IMG/VR virus record: IMGVR_UViG_3300005573_000064 | Location: 1 to 64,000 of that record | Source of the DNA: a virus | Reading direction: 5' to 3' (one strand) | Length of the DNA stretch: 64,000 bases | Part shown: piece after piece, positions 1 through 9,450 of the stretch | Layout of the letters: the number at the start of each line of letters is the position of its first letter | Numbering within the stretch: position 1 is the stretch's first letter | Position numbers and translations under genes: made by a program | The notes under the pieces: generated by a model | What the model was told of the DNA's origin: nothing | Seen by the model: only the letters and a program-made list of their open reading frames with translations | The model's database searches: none

Positions 1-434
1 AGTCCGGTAGCCGCATTGGATGGGGAGGCCACCAGCAGAGCGTACGTATTAGGGGGCTGCGTACCATATATCCCTATGTTCCCCGAGGAGGCGTGATTCA
101 GGATAATGCCATACTTGTTGACGTAGCAGGTAAAAACCACGCCCGTGGGAATTGGAGAGGCCGCGCTTCCTATGAGGAACGAGCCCGTGGGGGCAACTGT
201 GATGTTTCCATTTAGAACAAGTCCGTAACTGCCTGACGGCATGGTTGACGGAAACAGGAATGTTCCGCTAACCGCGAAGTTATTGCCCGAGACGGCCGAG
301 CTCCAGTTCAAATCCCATGTCAAAACATTGTAAGGGGATATGACTATAGTGTCCCCGTCATTGGGGAGCGCCCCTGTGCTCCAAGTCGAGGGGTTGGATG
401 CGTTGCCGCTTTGTACGGTTGCTACTATGGCCAA
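1..434 (-). CDS. G8-like domain protein, probable tail fibre/adhesin (runs off the left edge; absent from the ORF track)
   Basis: TTG start at 434 with GGAGG RBS about 8 nt upstream; open to position 1; MAIVATVQSGNASNPSTWSTGALPNDGDTIVI matches the SGxWSxPxTW...PxxGDxVxI start of G8 domains. Confidence 0.7.
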   Translation of the reverse strand, partial: MAIVATVQSGNASNPSTWSTGALPNDGDTIVISPYNVLTWDLNWSSAVSGNNFAVSGTFLFPSTMPSGSYGLVLNGNITVAPTGSFLIGSAASPIPTGVVFTCYVNKYGIILNHASSGNIGIYGTQPPNTYALLVASPSNAATG

Positions 435-461
435 GACTTAATCCTCCGTGAGAGTGAGCGT

Positions 462-1130
462 TCAGGAAAGCGCTGCGGTAATCTCAGCCTGAGTTGGAAG
501 AATCACTCCGTTTCCCGCCTGAAGCTGAGCCGTCATTCCCTGCAAAGTCGCCATATACGCTTGTATCTGATTTTGCTTGGCGGCCACCGCATCGGTGAGC
601 GGGGTGAGTTGCGATTGAGCCACGGTGTTTGCGTATGGTATTAGCACGGACTGCAAAGTCTGAAGAAGAGGATTTCCCAACACCTGGTTGACGTCATCCA
701 GCGTTGCCGCGCGGGATAGTATGTTTTGAGCGATGCTTGTCATCTCCAGGGTGAACTGGCTTTCCAGCAACTGCACATCCTGCGAAGTCATAAGCCCGGA
801 GGCTACTGCCGTGGAGATGAACTGCTGAATAACCGGGTTCTCCAAACGAAACTGAGGGTAGTCCGGACTGTCTATGTTTTTTATGAATATTACCGCTTGC
901 TGATACATTGGCGAGGATGGGGTTATCGAGGCTAGCAGCAGCTCATTGTATATGCCATTCGTAGTCAGAATGTTCTTTAGCAATACCCTCGAAATATAGT
1001 GGTTGCCCGTTGGGTACTGCGCGTTCAATAGATTCACAATGCTATTGTAATCCCCGCTGCTCGCATACGAGGCGTAAACCGGCTTTTGAAGCTCCGTTGT
1101 CAAAGACTGTAACTGTTGTTCGTTTAGCAT
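462..1130 (-). CDS. Hypothetical protein (helical, C-terminal coiled coil)
   Basis: 222-aa ORF, AGGAG-like RBS, same strand as the operon. Confidence 0.75.
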   Translation of the reverse strand: MLNEQQLQSLTTELQKPVYASYASSGDYNSIVNLLNAQYPTGNHYISRVLLKNILTTNGIYNELLLASITPSSPMYQQAVIFIKNIDSPDYPQFRLENPVIQQFISTAVASGLMTSQDVQLLESQFTLEMTSIAQNILSRAATLDDVNQVLGNPLLQTLQSVLIPYANTVAQSQLTPLTDAVAAKQNQIQAYMATLQGMTAQLQAGNGVILPTQAEITAALS

Positions 1131-1233
1131 TTCCGTCTTCTCCTTGTCTCCTAATCAATAAAGATGATATCACCGGGGGAGTGACCCCGGCCCGCACCTT
1201 ATTTGAAGCGTTGTTCCGCGGGCTGAGGCGTGG

Positions 1234-1554
1234 TCACATTCGACCGCTTTTACTTGAGTAAAGCTGGTGAATGTCACTAAGTATTTCCATTATTGCCTCG
1301 TGGTCCTTCCGAGCCCTTCGGGTGGCCTCCCTGGATAGTACTATATTTCCAACCATCAGGAGCGGAAGAGCCCAGAGTTGCACCCAGTTGCTCCAGTAAA
1401 GAAGGTCGGCCTCGTGCTTGTGCAAAGCCGGTACGAGAGGGAGCAGCCCGTAGAAGAAACATAGCCAGAAGACCAGCATTGTTCCAAACGCCTTTGTGCC
1501 CCAGGCGGCCAGTCTTTCATCATATTTTTTTATTTTTTTTAGAAAACGTCTCAT
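1234..1554 (-). CDS. Small two-TM membrane protein, DUF1003-like (holin candidate)
   Basis: Two hydrophobic segments; QLWALPLLMVG...RARKDHE resembles the DUF1003 C-terminal pattern; AGGAG RBS. Confidence 0.6.
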   Translation of the reverse strand: MRRFLKKIKKYDERLAAWGTKAFGTMLVFWLCFFYGLLPLVPALHKHEADLLYWSNWVQLWALPLLMVGNIVLSREATRRARKDHEAIMEILSDIHQLYSSKSGRM

Positions 1555-1619
1555 GTCAGGACTCCTATGGGATATCGGGAATCGAGGAGGGTGATTTATT
1601 CACGGGAAGGGGGACGCAA

Positions 1620-1845
1620 TTGACCGCTCGTTTCAGGCAAAGGGTCAGCTCTCACTAAACTTTTTTTAGCGAAATGACCAATCAATAGCGCGTTCAGTGA
1701 CTTATTTAACGCGCACCGCTCAATGAGCATTCACCTTTTGAGCGGGTCGAGCTTTGTTTAACAATTACTCAGGTAATTGAAACTCGCCTATTTGGCGTGG
1801 GCCTTACGTTTATGACCCGCATTCATATGACTTAGCGGGTCATGG
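1620..1845 (-). ncRNA. Candidate structured RNA or structured ssDNA element (serial hairpins)
   Basis: Inverted repeats at about 1621-1647, 1649-1674, 1688-1714, 1716-1745, 1762-1779, 1785-1797 and 1812-1843 in a gene-free stretch. Confidence 0.35.
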
Positions 1846-1848
1846 GTT

Positions 1849-2095
1849 TCATGTCATACGCCTCAATGGGCTATATGTCTCAAGTCATACGCCTCAATGG
1901 GCTATATGTCTCAAGTCATACGCCTCAATGGGCTATATGTCTCAAGTCATATGCCTCAATGGGCTATATGTCTCAAGTCATACGCCTCAATGGGCTATAT
2001 GTCTCAAGTCATATGCCTCAATGGGCTATATGTCTCATGTCATACGCCTCAAGGGGCTATATGTCTCATGTCATACGCCTCAAGGGGCTATATGT
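1849..2095. repeat. Tandem array of 8 x 31-bp direct repeats without spacers
   Basis: Unit TCA[A/T]GTCATA[C/T]GCCTCAA[T/G]GGGCTATATGTC starting at 1849, 1880, 1911, 1942, 1973, 2004, 2035, 2066. Confidence 0.97.
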
Positions 2096-2244
2096 GGTAT
2101 GCCCCCGCATCCCTCCGGTGTAATGCATTTCAAGCAATACGTGTAGAATGAGGTATCGGATAAGTGACGTACTTTCGAAGCATCTCTTTGAAATACATGT
2201 CCCTTTTCAAAGATATTAAAAGGTAGCATATTTTTCGGGATTTG

Positions 2245-2694
2245 TCAAGCCCCTCCGGATATTTTCAGTTGGTGATTTCTCCACTCGTTCCACTCATCCC
2301 GGTCTATGAGCTTGTAAGTGGACACACGCTGCCACAGGAAGTGCCCGGTGAGGACTCCCACGGAGTAGTCGCATAAAAATCTCCATGGATAGGGCGAGTG
2401 GAACAACAGCCAGCGCCACCCAATCCATGGACTTCCTTTGAGTGCCCAATACGCAAACAGCCATATGACAGCGGGAAGCCATCCTATGAGAAGAGCGGTC
2501 CTTACCGAATGCGGGACTATTCTATGCTTTTTCTTTCCTTCGTAAGGCCACCCGCTTCTCACCGTGAAATATCCGACCACCCACCAGATGGCCTCCGACA
2601 AGGTGTAGCCGTGCGAGCGTATGACGGCCCACGCCTCGTATGTCAAAAGCCATATGATAATCGGTATCCACACCTCTAGAACTGATAAAGGCAT
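2245..2694 (-). CDS. Trp-rich membrane protein
   Basis: 149-aa ORF with several hydrophobic segments; GGGGGA RBS. Confidence 0.7.
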   Translation of the reverse strand: MPLSVLEVWIPIIIWLLTYEAWAVIRSHGYTLSEAIWWVVGYFTVRSGWPYEGKKKHRIVPHSVRTALLIGWLPAVIWLFAYWALKGSPWIGWRWLLFHSPYPWRFLCDYSVGVLTGHFLWQRVSTYKLIDRDEWNEWRNHQLKISGGA

Positions 2695-2751
2695 TTTTAT
2701 TTCCCCCAGCGGTTCGTGAATTGTAGGCTTGGCCCGTTTTCAAGGGCGTTG

Positions 2752-2967
2752 TCACTCCTCCAGCGGTTTGCAGACTATGTCTATTCCCGCATCCCTGTGG
2801 CAGATATCGGCTATGCTTCGGCATATTCTATCCAGCGCCTCGGGCCCTCTTTTGGAGTCCTTTATCACAAGAACCCGCCCGGACTCCCATTGAATGGAGG
2901 CCCGGGGAATATGAAGCAGTGCGACAGCCTCGACTATTTCCCTGTCGCGGGGTGATAGGGTGTTCAT
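2752..2967 (-). CDS. Hypothetical protein
   Basis: 71-aa ORF co-oriented and filling the gap between genes. Confidence 0.55.
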   Translation of the reverse strand: MNTLSPRDREIVEAVALLHIPRASIQWESGRVLVIKDSKRGPEALDRICRSIADICHRDAGIDIVCKPLEE

Positions 2968-3002
2968 CGCCTATGCCATGGGAAAAGCGCCAGGTCCTTT
3001 TA

Positions 3003-3686
3003 TCACGATACGGAGAAACTGTACTGCGCGCTTACCACAGCCGTGCCCTTGGTCAAAGGCGAAGGAGACCATAGCATGTGAGCCAGCAGAGTTGAGGATG
3101 CCGGTATCGTGGTGACCGCGCTGGCGCCCGAGCCTGCCGGAGGCACCGTTCCCGTGGTGGCCGCTATCAAGGCCTCGTTCCATGCGAACTGAGCGTCTCC
3201 TGAGGCGAATGTGGCCTGCCAGATTAGCGTGGCTTTTCCGTTGACGAGCGACTCGGTCGGGAATGACGGGTCGATACCCTTGTAGGATTTGGATGTTCCG
3301 GAAAGGTCGGTGTCACTTGCCGTAACCGCTGTCGTTCCGTTTCCTATTCCCATGAACGCCTGGTTGGAGCTTGATGCCGGGCCACCGAAACGAACGGATG
3401 TGGTGAGCGCGGCCGCTGCATTAAGCACCTGAGTCAATCCCGCGGTTATCCCTATGTTCGGAGCCGCATAGATGTTTGAAGCGTAGGAATAGTACGTATT
3501 CAAATGCTCCGATGTAAGATTACCCGGATGAATGGACGCTATGAATTCCTGAGCATCATTGTAAGCCCTCTCATCCTTCCATTCAAGAAACAGAAACTTT
3601 CCTTCATGGGATGCCCCGTCTCTCACGGACATGCCGCCCAGAGCCCCCATTATGTCTTTCGTAGTTGCCGTGTCGATTTGAAGCAT
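3003..3686 (-). CDS. Phage tail/baseplate-associated protein (tail-fibre N-terminal-like)
   Basis: MGIGNGTTAVTASDTDL...ATFASGDAQFAWNEA pattern typical of phage tail-attachment proteins; GGAGG RBS. Confidence 0.65.
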   Translation of the reverse strand: MLQIDTATTKDIMGALGGMSVRDGASHEGKFLFLEWKDERAYNDAQEFIASIHPGNLTSEHLNTYYSYASNIYAAPNIGITAGLTQVLNAAAALTTSVRFGGPASSSNQAFMGIGNGTTAVTASDTDLSGTSKSYKGIDPSFPTESLVNGKATLIWQATFASGDAQFAWNEALIAATTGTVPPAGSGASAVTTIPASSTLLAHMLWSPSPLTKGTAVVSAQYSFSVS

Positions 3687-3725
3687 GACAATCCTCCTAT
3701 GATGGCGTTTGATACGCCTTATAAT

Positions 3726-4214
3726 TTACTTTGCCGCCTCGAACATATTTTTTGTCATCCATTCGGCTCCCGCGAGGAGAGCTTTTTTAACGCTGGCTCT
3801 CTTGGCCATTAGTCCGTAAATGCCACCGCCAACGGCCAGCGCGGTAAGAGACCCGGTCACTATGGACGAGTCCACCGAATGCTTGTCCCGTCTGGCCGCA
3901 TAGACGGCAAGCCCCGCCCCGAGTCCTATGCCTATTGGCGTTCCGAATCGGAATAACGAGTTCGCCATGTTCCTGTCAATGACGTTATAGAACGAGCCTC
4001 CCCATCCCTTTAATCTGTTCAGTCCCTTGGGGCCCCAGTCGGTGGCGAACTTGCTGTTTCTATAATAGTTTCTGGCTTTCGACCGTTGAGTGTCCCACCA
4101 TGAGTCTCGACTTCCCCTAAACCATTCCTGTGCGCTTCTATCGCTAAACCCGTTGGGACCATACCCATTAAATCCTTGGGTGCTATATCCTGCATAAGGA
4201 TCCATGTTATTCAT
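3726..4214 (-). CDS. Hypothetical membrane protein (two Gly-rich TM helices)
   Basis: 162 aa; GIGLGAGLAVYAA and LTALAVGGGIYGLM; GGAGGAGG RBS. Confidence 0.75.
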   Translation of the reverse strand: MNNMDPYAGYSTQGFNGYGPNGFSDRSAQEWFRGSRDSWWDTQRSKARNYYRNSKFATDWGPKGLNRLKGWGGSFYNVIDRNMANSLFRFGTPIGIGLGAGLAVYAARRDKHSVDSSIVTGSLTALAVGGGIYGLMAKRASVKKALLAGAEWMTKNMFEAAK

Positions 4215-4226
4215 CCTCCTCCTATA

Positions 4227-4562
4227 CTAGACTTCCAACTCTATTCTTTCCTTTCGTCTGGCCTTTTGAAGCTCGCCTTTCGAGGTGAGTGTGTACAGTT
4301 CTATCTTTTCCTCTTCGGCTATCAGGGCCACCTGGTCCTCCAGATAATCTTGCAACCAGTCCCTCCATGAAGCGTATGGATAAAACGTTTGGGGTATCGG
4401 GATATTGAACTCGAATATCTGAGTTCTTAACTGAGCCCATACAAACGGGGTTGTTCCGTATGCAAGCCATATCTTTCCAAGTTCGGGAATCATCTTCCAC
4501 TCCCTTATTTTCTTGGCTATGCCTTCATGGTATTCGATTTTAGGTAATGGATCAGCGACCAT
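4227..4562 (-). CDS. Hypothetical protein
   Basis: 111-aa ORF with GAGGG RBS, tight packing. Confidence 0.7.
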   Translation of the reverse strand: MVADPLPKIEYHEGIAKKIREWKMIPELGKIWLAYGTTPFVWAQLRTQIFEFNIPIPQTFYPYASWRDWLQDYLEDQVALIAEEEKIELYTLTSKGELQKARRKERIELEV

Positions 4563-4582
4563 AATTCACACCCTCTTTCCTA

Positions 4583-5653
4583 TTAGAATCTTATATCCAC
4601 CGATGCCACTATCGGGGAGGCGTACGTCTGCTGCTGGGACAGAGCTATCGTGACCAGCGGGCCGGCTATCGTGTAATTAAATCCCGACAGCGTTATCGGG
4701 TCCTTGCCCCCTACAATCACCGTGTTAATGGCTGTCGGGTTGTATGCCGACATGTTGACAGCAAGGTTTGCCGATGTGTCGTATTGGACCAGGTCGACAT
4801 CGAACTCCTGCATTCCCCACCAGCCATACGCGTTAAGAACAAGGCACACTTGCAAAATCTCGGTGGGCGGAAAGTGCAGTCTGGCGGGGCCTAGAAAGCT
4901 GACCTGAGGAGGGTTTGTCAATGTCGTGTAGCCTGGAAGGTAGGAGAAGTCAATCGCGTTCCAGTTTCCTGCGGTGTCCATGTAATAGGCTCCGACCAGT
5001 GCGTGCGAGAATGCGGGTACCGGGTGAAACGTCAGACGGTTGGCCAGGGTACTGGTGTTCAGGGCTTGGGGAAGAACCCCTTTCACGAATACGTAAGTAT
5101 TTACGGGGTTAAAGCCGCCCAGAAAGAACGTATCGGGCTGCGGGCCTATTCCATACTGGTCCTCAACGCTGCCGTAAAACAGGCTATCATCCGGTATTAC
5201 CCCCGGTGAATATGAGGAGGATGAATAAAACCTCAAATGAGAGTCCGAGGGCACCCACACGTTTCCCTGACTATCCACCGAACTCATCTTATCCTGAACC
5301 GACACTATGGGAAGGGTGGCCTGCCCGTAGGTGAGATCTATGTTTGCGGTGTTTGACGGGTCAACGAACGAGGAGGTGTAAAAATCAGCCACGCCTCGAT
5401 TCGGAGAGGCCGCTGGCATTATCGTTTGCATATAGCCCACAAGAGCCTGGATTCCCACGGCTTGTTGTTCAAGGTATACGGCTGTCAGAGCCTGCTTTCT
5501 TTCCAAATCCTGGATGTTGGCGTTAAGGGTGACCACATCCTGCTGTATTCTGGAGTTAATGCTGTTGAGAATGTCGGAGGATGACGGGCCGCCCCTCTTC
5601 AGAACGGGCAGCGTGGCGGTCTCCATTAAGTTTTGCCATGACTGATTTGCCAT
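4583..5653 (-). CDS. Virion structural protein (N-terminal coiled coil, beta-rich body)
   Basis: ORF 4583..5683; better start is MANQ at 5653 behind GGAGGAG; shares motifs with the 737/673/1216-aa neighbours. Confidence 0.75.
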   Translation of the reverse strand: MANQSWQNLMETATLPVLKRGGPSSSDILNSINSRIQQDVVTLNANIQDLERKQALTAVYLEQQAVGIQALVGYMQTIMPAASPNRGVADFYTSSFVDPSNTANIDLTYGQATLPIVSVQDKMSSVDSQGNVWVPSDSHLRFYSSSSYSPGVIPDDSLFYGSVEDQYGIGPQPDTFFLGGFNPVNTYVFVKGVLPQALNTSTLANRLTFHPVPAFSHALVGAYYMDTAGNWNAIDFSYLPGYTTLTNPPQVSFLGPARLHFPPTEILQVCLVLNAYGWWGMQEFDVDLVQYDTSANLAVNMSAYNPTAINTVIVGGKDPITLSGFNYTIAGPLVTIALSQQQTYASPIVASVDIRF

Positions 5654-5661
5654 CTCTCCTC

Positions 5662-6420
5662 CTATGTCAGGTTGACTCTCCACGATAGCTGCACCCTGAA
5701 GTGCTGCAGGTGTCTCAGGGCATAATCCTCCGAGATATACGCGGCCTCCGCGTTGCTATCGTCAAGAAATCCAAGGTATTTGACTTGTATTAGCCCCGTC
5801 TGGGCGTCCGTTCCTGCCGACTTTACGATGCTGTTAAGCTTTGCGCTTTCGTTCTCGCCTCTTCTTCTATGGGCCTGGGAGTAATCACCCTGCGCGTCCC
5901 TTGTAAGAATCGAGCCCCAGCTTTGCCATCCGCTTCCTCCGTAGTTTCCGAACCAATTGGAATAGCCGGGCCACTTGGTGCCGCCTGGCCAGCCCGGGTA
6001 AGGGGCGACAGGATCCGTGGGATCGATGGGCCATCCGGGGTAGCCCGGCCATTCAGGGGGTCCTGGCCATGGGGGTGTGACCGGACCGGTGGGAGGAGGA
6101 GGAGGAAAATTTCCGACAAGATCGGCTATTATATTTACGCTAAATGATAAAGGCTCGTAGTACTCGTACGAAAGGGCGATATACTGAGCGTGGTTTATGG
6201 CGTAAAGCGCGGTGGGATCCATTGAAACCCACACCCCGTTGAAAACCGCTATCGAGTTAATGGACAGGTTTATCCCAAGAGACTGATAAGGGTTTCCCGT
6301 CACGTACCAAGCCCCGGAGGTCACCGTTACACCAACGGGAATTGGCACTTGAAAACCTACGGTTGCCGCCCCGCCCGAGAACCCAACCGGACTCGGGACG
6401 GTTCCGAATGTTTCAACCAT
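5662..6420 (-). CDS. Pro/Trp/Gly-rich structural protein (paralog A)
   Basis: PPPPPTGPVTPPWPGPPEWPGYPGWP; C-terminal half highly similar to 6413..7216. Confidence 0.8.
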   Translation of the reverse strand: MVETFGTVPSPVGFSGGAATVGFQVPIPVGVTVTSGAWYVTGNPYQSLGINLSINSIAVFNGVWVSMDPTALYAINHAQYIALSYEYYEPLSFSVNIIADLVGNFPPPPPTGPVTPPWPGPPEWPGYPGWPIDPTDPVAPYPGWPGGTKWPGYSNWFGNYGGSGWQSWGSILTRDAQGDYSQAHRRRGENESAKLNSIVKSAGTDAQTGLIQVKYLGFLDDSNAEAAYISEDYALRHLQHFRVQLSWRVNLT

Positions 6421-7216
6421 TCCAGATACCTATCCTCCATTCCAGTTGCTGTCTTAAGTGCTGCAAGTGTCTCAGAGCGTAATCAGCGGCAATATAGTAC
6501 GCTTCGTTGTTATTATAGCATAAATACTGAAGCCACTCAGTCTTTATAAGCCCTGTCTGGGCATCGGTACCTGAGGATTTGGCTATGCTGTTTATCTTGT
6601 CACTCTCCCTGCTTCCCCTGTATCTATTGGATTGTATGAAGTCCCCCTGAGGAACCCGGGTAATAATCGAACCCCACCCTTGCCAGCCGCTCCCGCCAAA
6701 CGTGCCGCCCCAAGGAGGATAGCCTGGCCAATCGGGGCCGCCAGGCCATCCCGGATAGGGAAGCCCCGATGCGGGTATTGTGGGAACGCCAGGCCAGCCC
6801 GGATATCCTGGCCATTCGGGAGGCCCCGGCCATGGCGGAGTCGTAGGTCCGGTAGGGGGAGGCGGAGGAAACGTTCCGGTGAGCGAGACGGACAGATCAA
6901 CAGTCGCGGTCACTGAAACACCTGAGCTTGAGCCTAATGCTAGCCGAACCCCGAAAGTTCCCTGAGCGTTGACCTGGCTAATCTCTGCACTCGTCATTGC
7001 GGCCTTCCCATTCCACAGGGAGAGGTTATCGGGTGATACAATGCTGAACGTGAAATAAGGGCTCTCGGGACTGAGGTAAAGGTAGAGCATCCAACTGCCA
7101 CTCGACACGTTGGAACCGGGCGGTACGGGGATGGTTACGGGTACGGTGATTGACTGCCCCGGGCTAAGCGTCTCCGTTATCGGATACGGACTAACGTTTA
7201 CATTATAGGTACTCAT
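6413..7216 (-). CDS. Pro/Trp/Gly-rich structural protein (paralog B)
   Basis: Same architecture as 5662..6420; overlaps both neighbours at start/stop. Confidence 0.8.
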   Translation of the reverse strand: MSTYNVNVSPYPITETLSPGQSITVPVTIPVPPGSNVSSGSWMLYLYLSPESPYFTFSIVSPDNLSLWNGKAAMTSAEISQVNAQGTFGVRLALGSSSGVSVTATVDLSVSLTGTFPPPPPTGPTTPPWPGPPEWPGYPGWPGVPTIPASGLPYPGWPGGPDWPGYPPWGGTFGGSGWQGWGSIITRVPQGDFIQSNRYRGSRESDKINSIAKSSGTDAQTGLIKTEWLQYLCYNNNEAYYIAADYALRHLQHLRQQLEWRIGIWNG

Positions 7217-9429
7217 TAGGTTTGCACCTGAAATTCATAGGAATGAAGCTTGGGAAGCCCGGACCCGTAATTCATGCTTGAAAGAGTTCCCCGATAATAT
7301 ATGGTGGTCACCGGGGAGATGCTCTCCGAATACGTAAGCAGAATGTTCTGCGGGCTGCCGAAGAATCTGCCGTCTATTGTCGTATTGACGGCTGCCGGGT
7401 TGTAGTTCAGCAGCACGGATGTCGGGGACCCTGACGAAGGGTCCAGTCTCCATGCCCAGTAGCTCCTGTTCATCGGGGCCACGTTCCACTGAAGGAAAAA
7501 CTCGGTCACCCTTTTCAAATACTCGCCATCGGCCCATAATGGGTAGGATGAAAGGGCCGGGGAGTAATCATAGGAGTTATCCCACATGGTTATGTCAAAG
7601 ATATTGGGCCTGAACAGGAGGTAAGCCTCATACCCCGATATGTTGGATGGAAGGTCATTCACTGAAGGAACGTATATGAGAACCTCTATCTTGTTCCATC
7701 CGGCCACCAGCGATACGGGGAAGGTCATGCCCTGACTGGCTAGAAGCGTTCCCGACCCCGGAACCGGGGTGGCGTACATTCTATTGTCGGATGCCATTCT
7801 GTTGCCATTGACGTAAAATGTCCAGCCCCAGCCAGCCGTTCCGTTTGGCGGAGTGTACGGATACAGGTAGACGCCCCCGGAGAAGTTGGACAGGGTGGCG
7901 TTTCTATCACTATATAAATAGGACGTAAGCTTGTAGGTGTAGTTGTTGGCGGCTACGAACCCGATGGTCGTATCATGCAGGGCCACGCCCCACCATTCCT
8001 GCTGACTGTTCACGTAGTTGAATATGAAGGACTGCCCGGAAGCCACTATAGTGGGAACCGAGACGCTTGCGGTCGATGCCACGGGAGACATGTAGCAGCT
8101 TTGAACCGTTCCAATATTACCGTTCCAGTCCTCCAGGATGGGTATATGGTTGCCGTCAGAGTAGTTATCATAGTTGAAATACATGGAGTCGACCCGGAAC
8201 TGGCCCACTCCTCTCTGCAGAGTCGCGGAATTTTGGAGAATGGATGAGCCGTTGGAGACCGGGAAGCTCCACAGGCTGGATGGATTTTGGGAATCGGCCG
8301 TAAAGGGCTGACACACTATATTAACGGACAGGTTCTGGCCTATGGATATGACCGAGTCGCCTATCGACAGCCACGGACCGTTCGGACTTGTGGAATACGC
8401 ATGGCTAATCTGAGTCCCCAAAGGCGTCTCCTGAACGGCCGAGAAGGACATGCTTGATATCGGGGACGGGGAGGTTAGCGCGGTCGAGTAAATCACGCCA
8501 TTGGATGCTGCTCCGACATTTCCTATCGTTATGTTTTGTATGCCAACCACCGAGGCCGATGTACCAACGGGGGATATTGAAAATCTGATGAACTTAACAT
8601 ACATCGGGGTGATATTGTAGCTTTTTGGGGCCGATACGGTGTCCGACACCATAAGGTTCCAATTCAAATTATCGTTAGACCCTTCTATTTTCAAGGCTAT
8701 CGGGGTCATCGGCTGTATTGAGATGCTGTTCACATCGACCTCGTTGGCCGTGCCGGCAACGATGGGGCCGCTTGTTAGATTCACCACCGCCTGATATGTT
8801 CCGTTGGCCGGAAGAGAGGCCTTCCAATTCTGATCTATCAGGTTTGTAAACACGTTAAGAAAGGGGGCTCCTATGTTCACTCCCCCTGCGGGATAGGATT
8901 CTGAAACCAGGGTGATTGACGAAGGGGAGTATACGACCGTACTGGATGGCGTGAGAGGAAGAGTCACGTAGTTATTGGTGGTGTCCACGAAGGCGGTGGT
9001 GGTTTGAAGATTAATTTTTGACGTATCCTGAAAATTATCAAACAGCACGGCCTGAGACGTCATGCTTTCCTTTCTAATAAGGGTGTCCATCATGGAGCTT
9101 AGAGCCGTAAGCCTGTTGGTCATATTCTCAAACCGACCGTACGCGGAGTTCAAAGCCATTACCTGAGTATTGACCAAATCCGTCAGGTCGGCAAAGGACA
9201 CCTCCAAATCCTCCCTTATCTCCGATATGTTACTTGTCATTTTCACGGGGTCGACCGTGGTGCCGAGAGCCGCCCCTCTTGGGGTGAAGAAGGGCGCGCC
9301 AAACTTCTTGTACGCGAATTTGGAGGCGAGCTGTCCCAGGATCACAGCATAGTTCGGGATTTGTCCGGCCGCATAGAACGGCTTGAGAAGAGACTTCAGA
9401 ATTTTTCTTTTTTGAATATCGGCTATCAT
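7216..9429 (-). CDS. Virion structural protein (baseplate/fibre; discoidin-like beta domain)
   Basis: 737 aa; coiled coil, TTAFVDTTN motif, IEGSNDNLNW...YVKFIRF segment typical of F5/8-type domains. Confidence 0.7.
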   Translation of the reverse strand: MIADIQKRKILKSLLKPFYAAGQIPNYAVILGQLASKFAYKKFGAPFFTPRGAALGTTVDPVKMTSNISEIREDLEVSFADLTDLVNTQVMALNSAYGRFENMTNRLTALSSMMDTLIRKESMTSQAVLFDNFQDTSKINLQTTTAFVDTTNNYVTLPLTPSSTVVYSPSSITLVSESYPAGGVNIGAPFLNVFTNLIDQNWKASLPANGTYQAVVNLTSGPIVAGTANEVDVNSISIQPMTPIALKIEGSNDNLNWNLMVSDTVSAPKSYNITPMYVKFIRFSISPVGTSASVVGIQNITIGNVGAASNGVIYSTALTSPSPISSMSFSAVQETPLGTQISHAYSTSPNGPWLSIGDSVISIGQNLSVNIVCQPFTADSQNPSSLWSFPVSNGSSILQNSATLQRGVGQFRVDSMYFNYDNYSDGNHIPILEDWNGNIGTVQSCYMSPVASTASVSVPTIVASGQSFIFNYVNSQQEWWGVALHDTTIGFVAANNYTYKLTSYLYSDRNATLSNFSGGVYLYPYTPPNGTAGWGWTFYVNGNRMASDNRMYATPVPGSGTLLASQGMTFPVSLVAGWNKIEVLIYVPSVNDLPSNISGYEAYLLFRPNIFDITMWDNSYDYSPALSSYPLWADGEYLKRVTEFFLQWNVAPMNRSYWAWRLDPSSGSPTSVLLNYNPAAVNTTIDGRFFGSPQNILLTYSESISPVTTIYYRGTLSSMNYGSGLPKLHSYEFQVQT

Positions 9430-9450
9430 AGTTTCTCCGCGTTCCTAAAA

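Noticed and set aside
1173-1190. CCGGGG/CCCCGG hairpin as a terminator
   Set aside because: Only a 6-bp stem with no adjacent U-tract on either strand
1849-2095. CRISPR array or TIGR-like guide array
   Set aside because: Units are head-to-tail and nearly identical with no unique spacers; no cas or Nop-domain gene in the window
1842-2151. Three overlapping plus-strand ORFs with repetitive peptides
   Set aside because: Artefact of a 31-bp repeat lacking plus-strand stops; no RBS, and opposite to the operon strand
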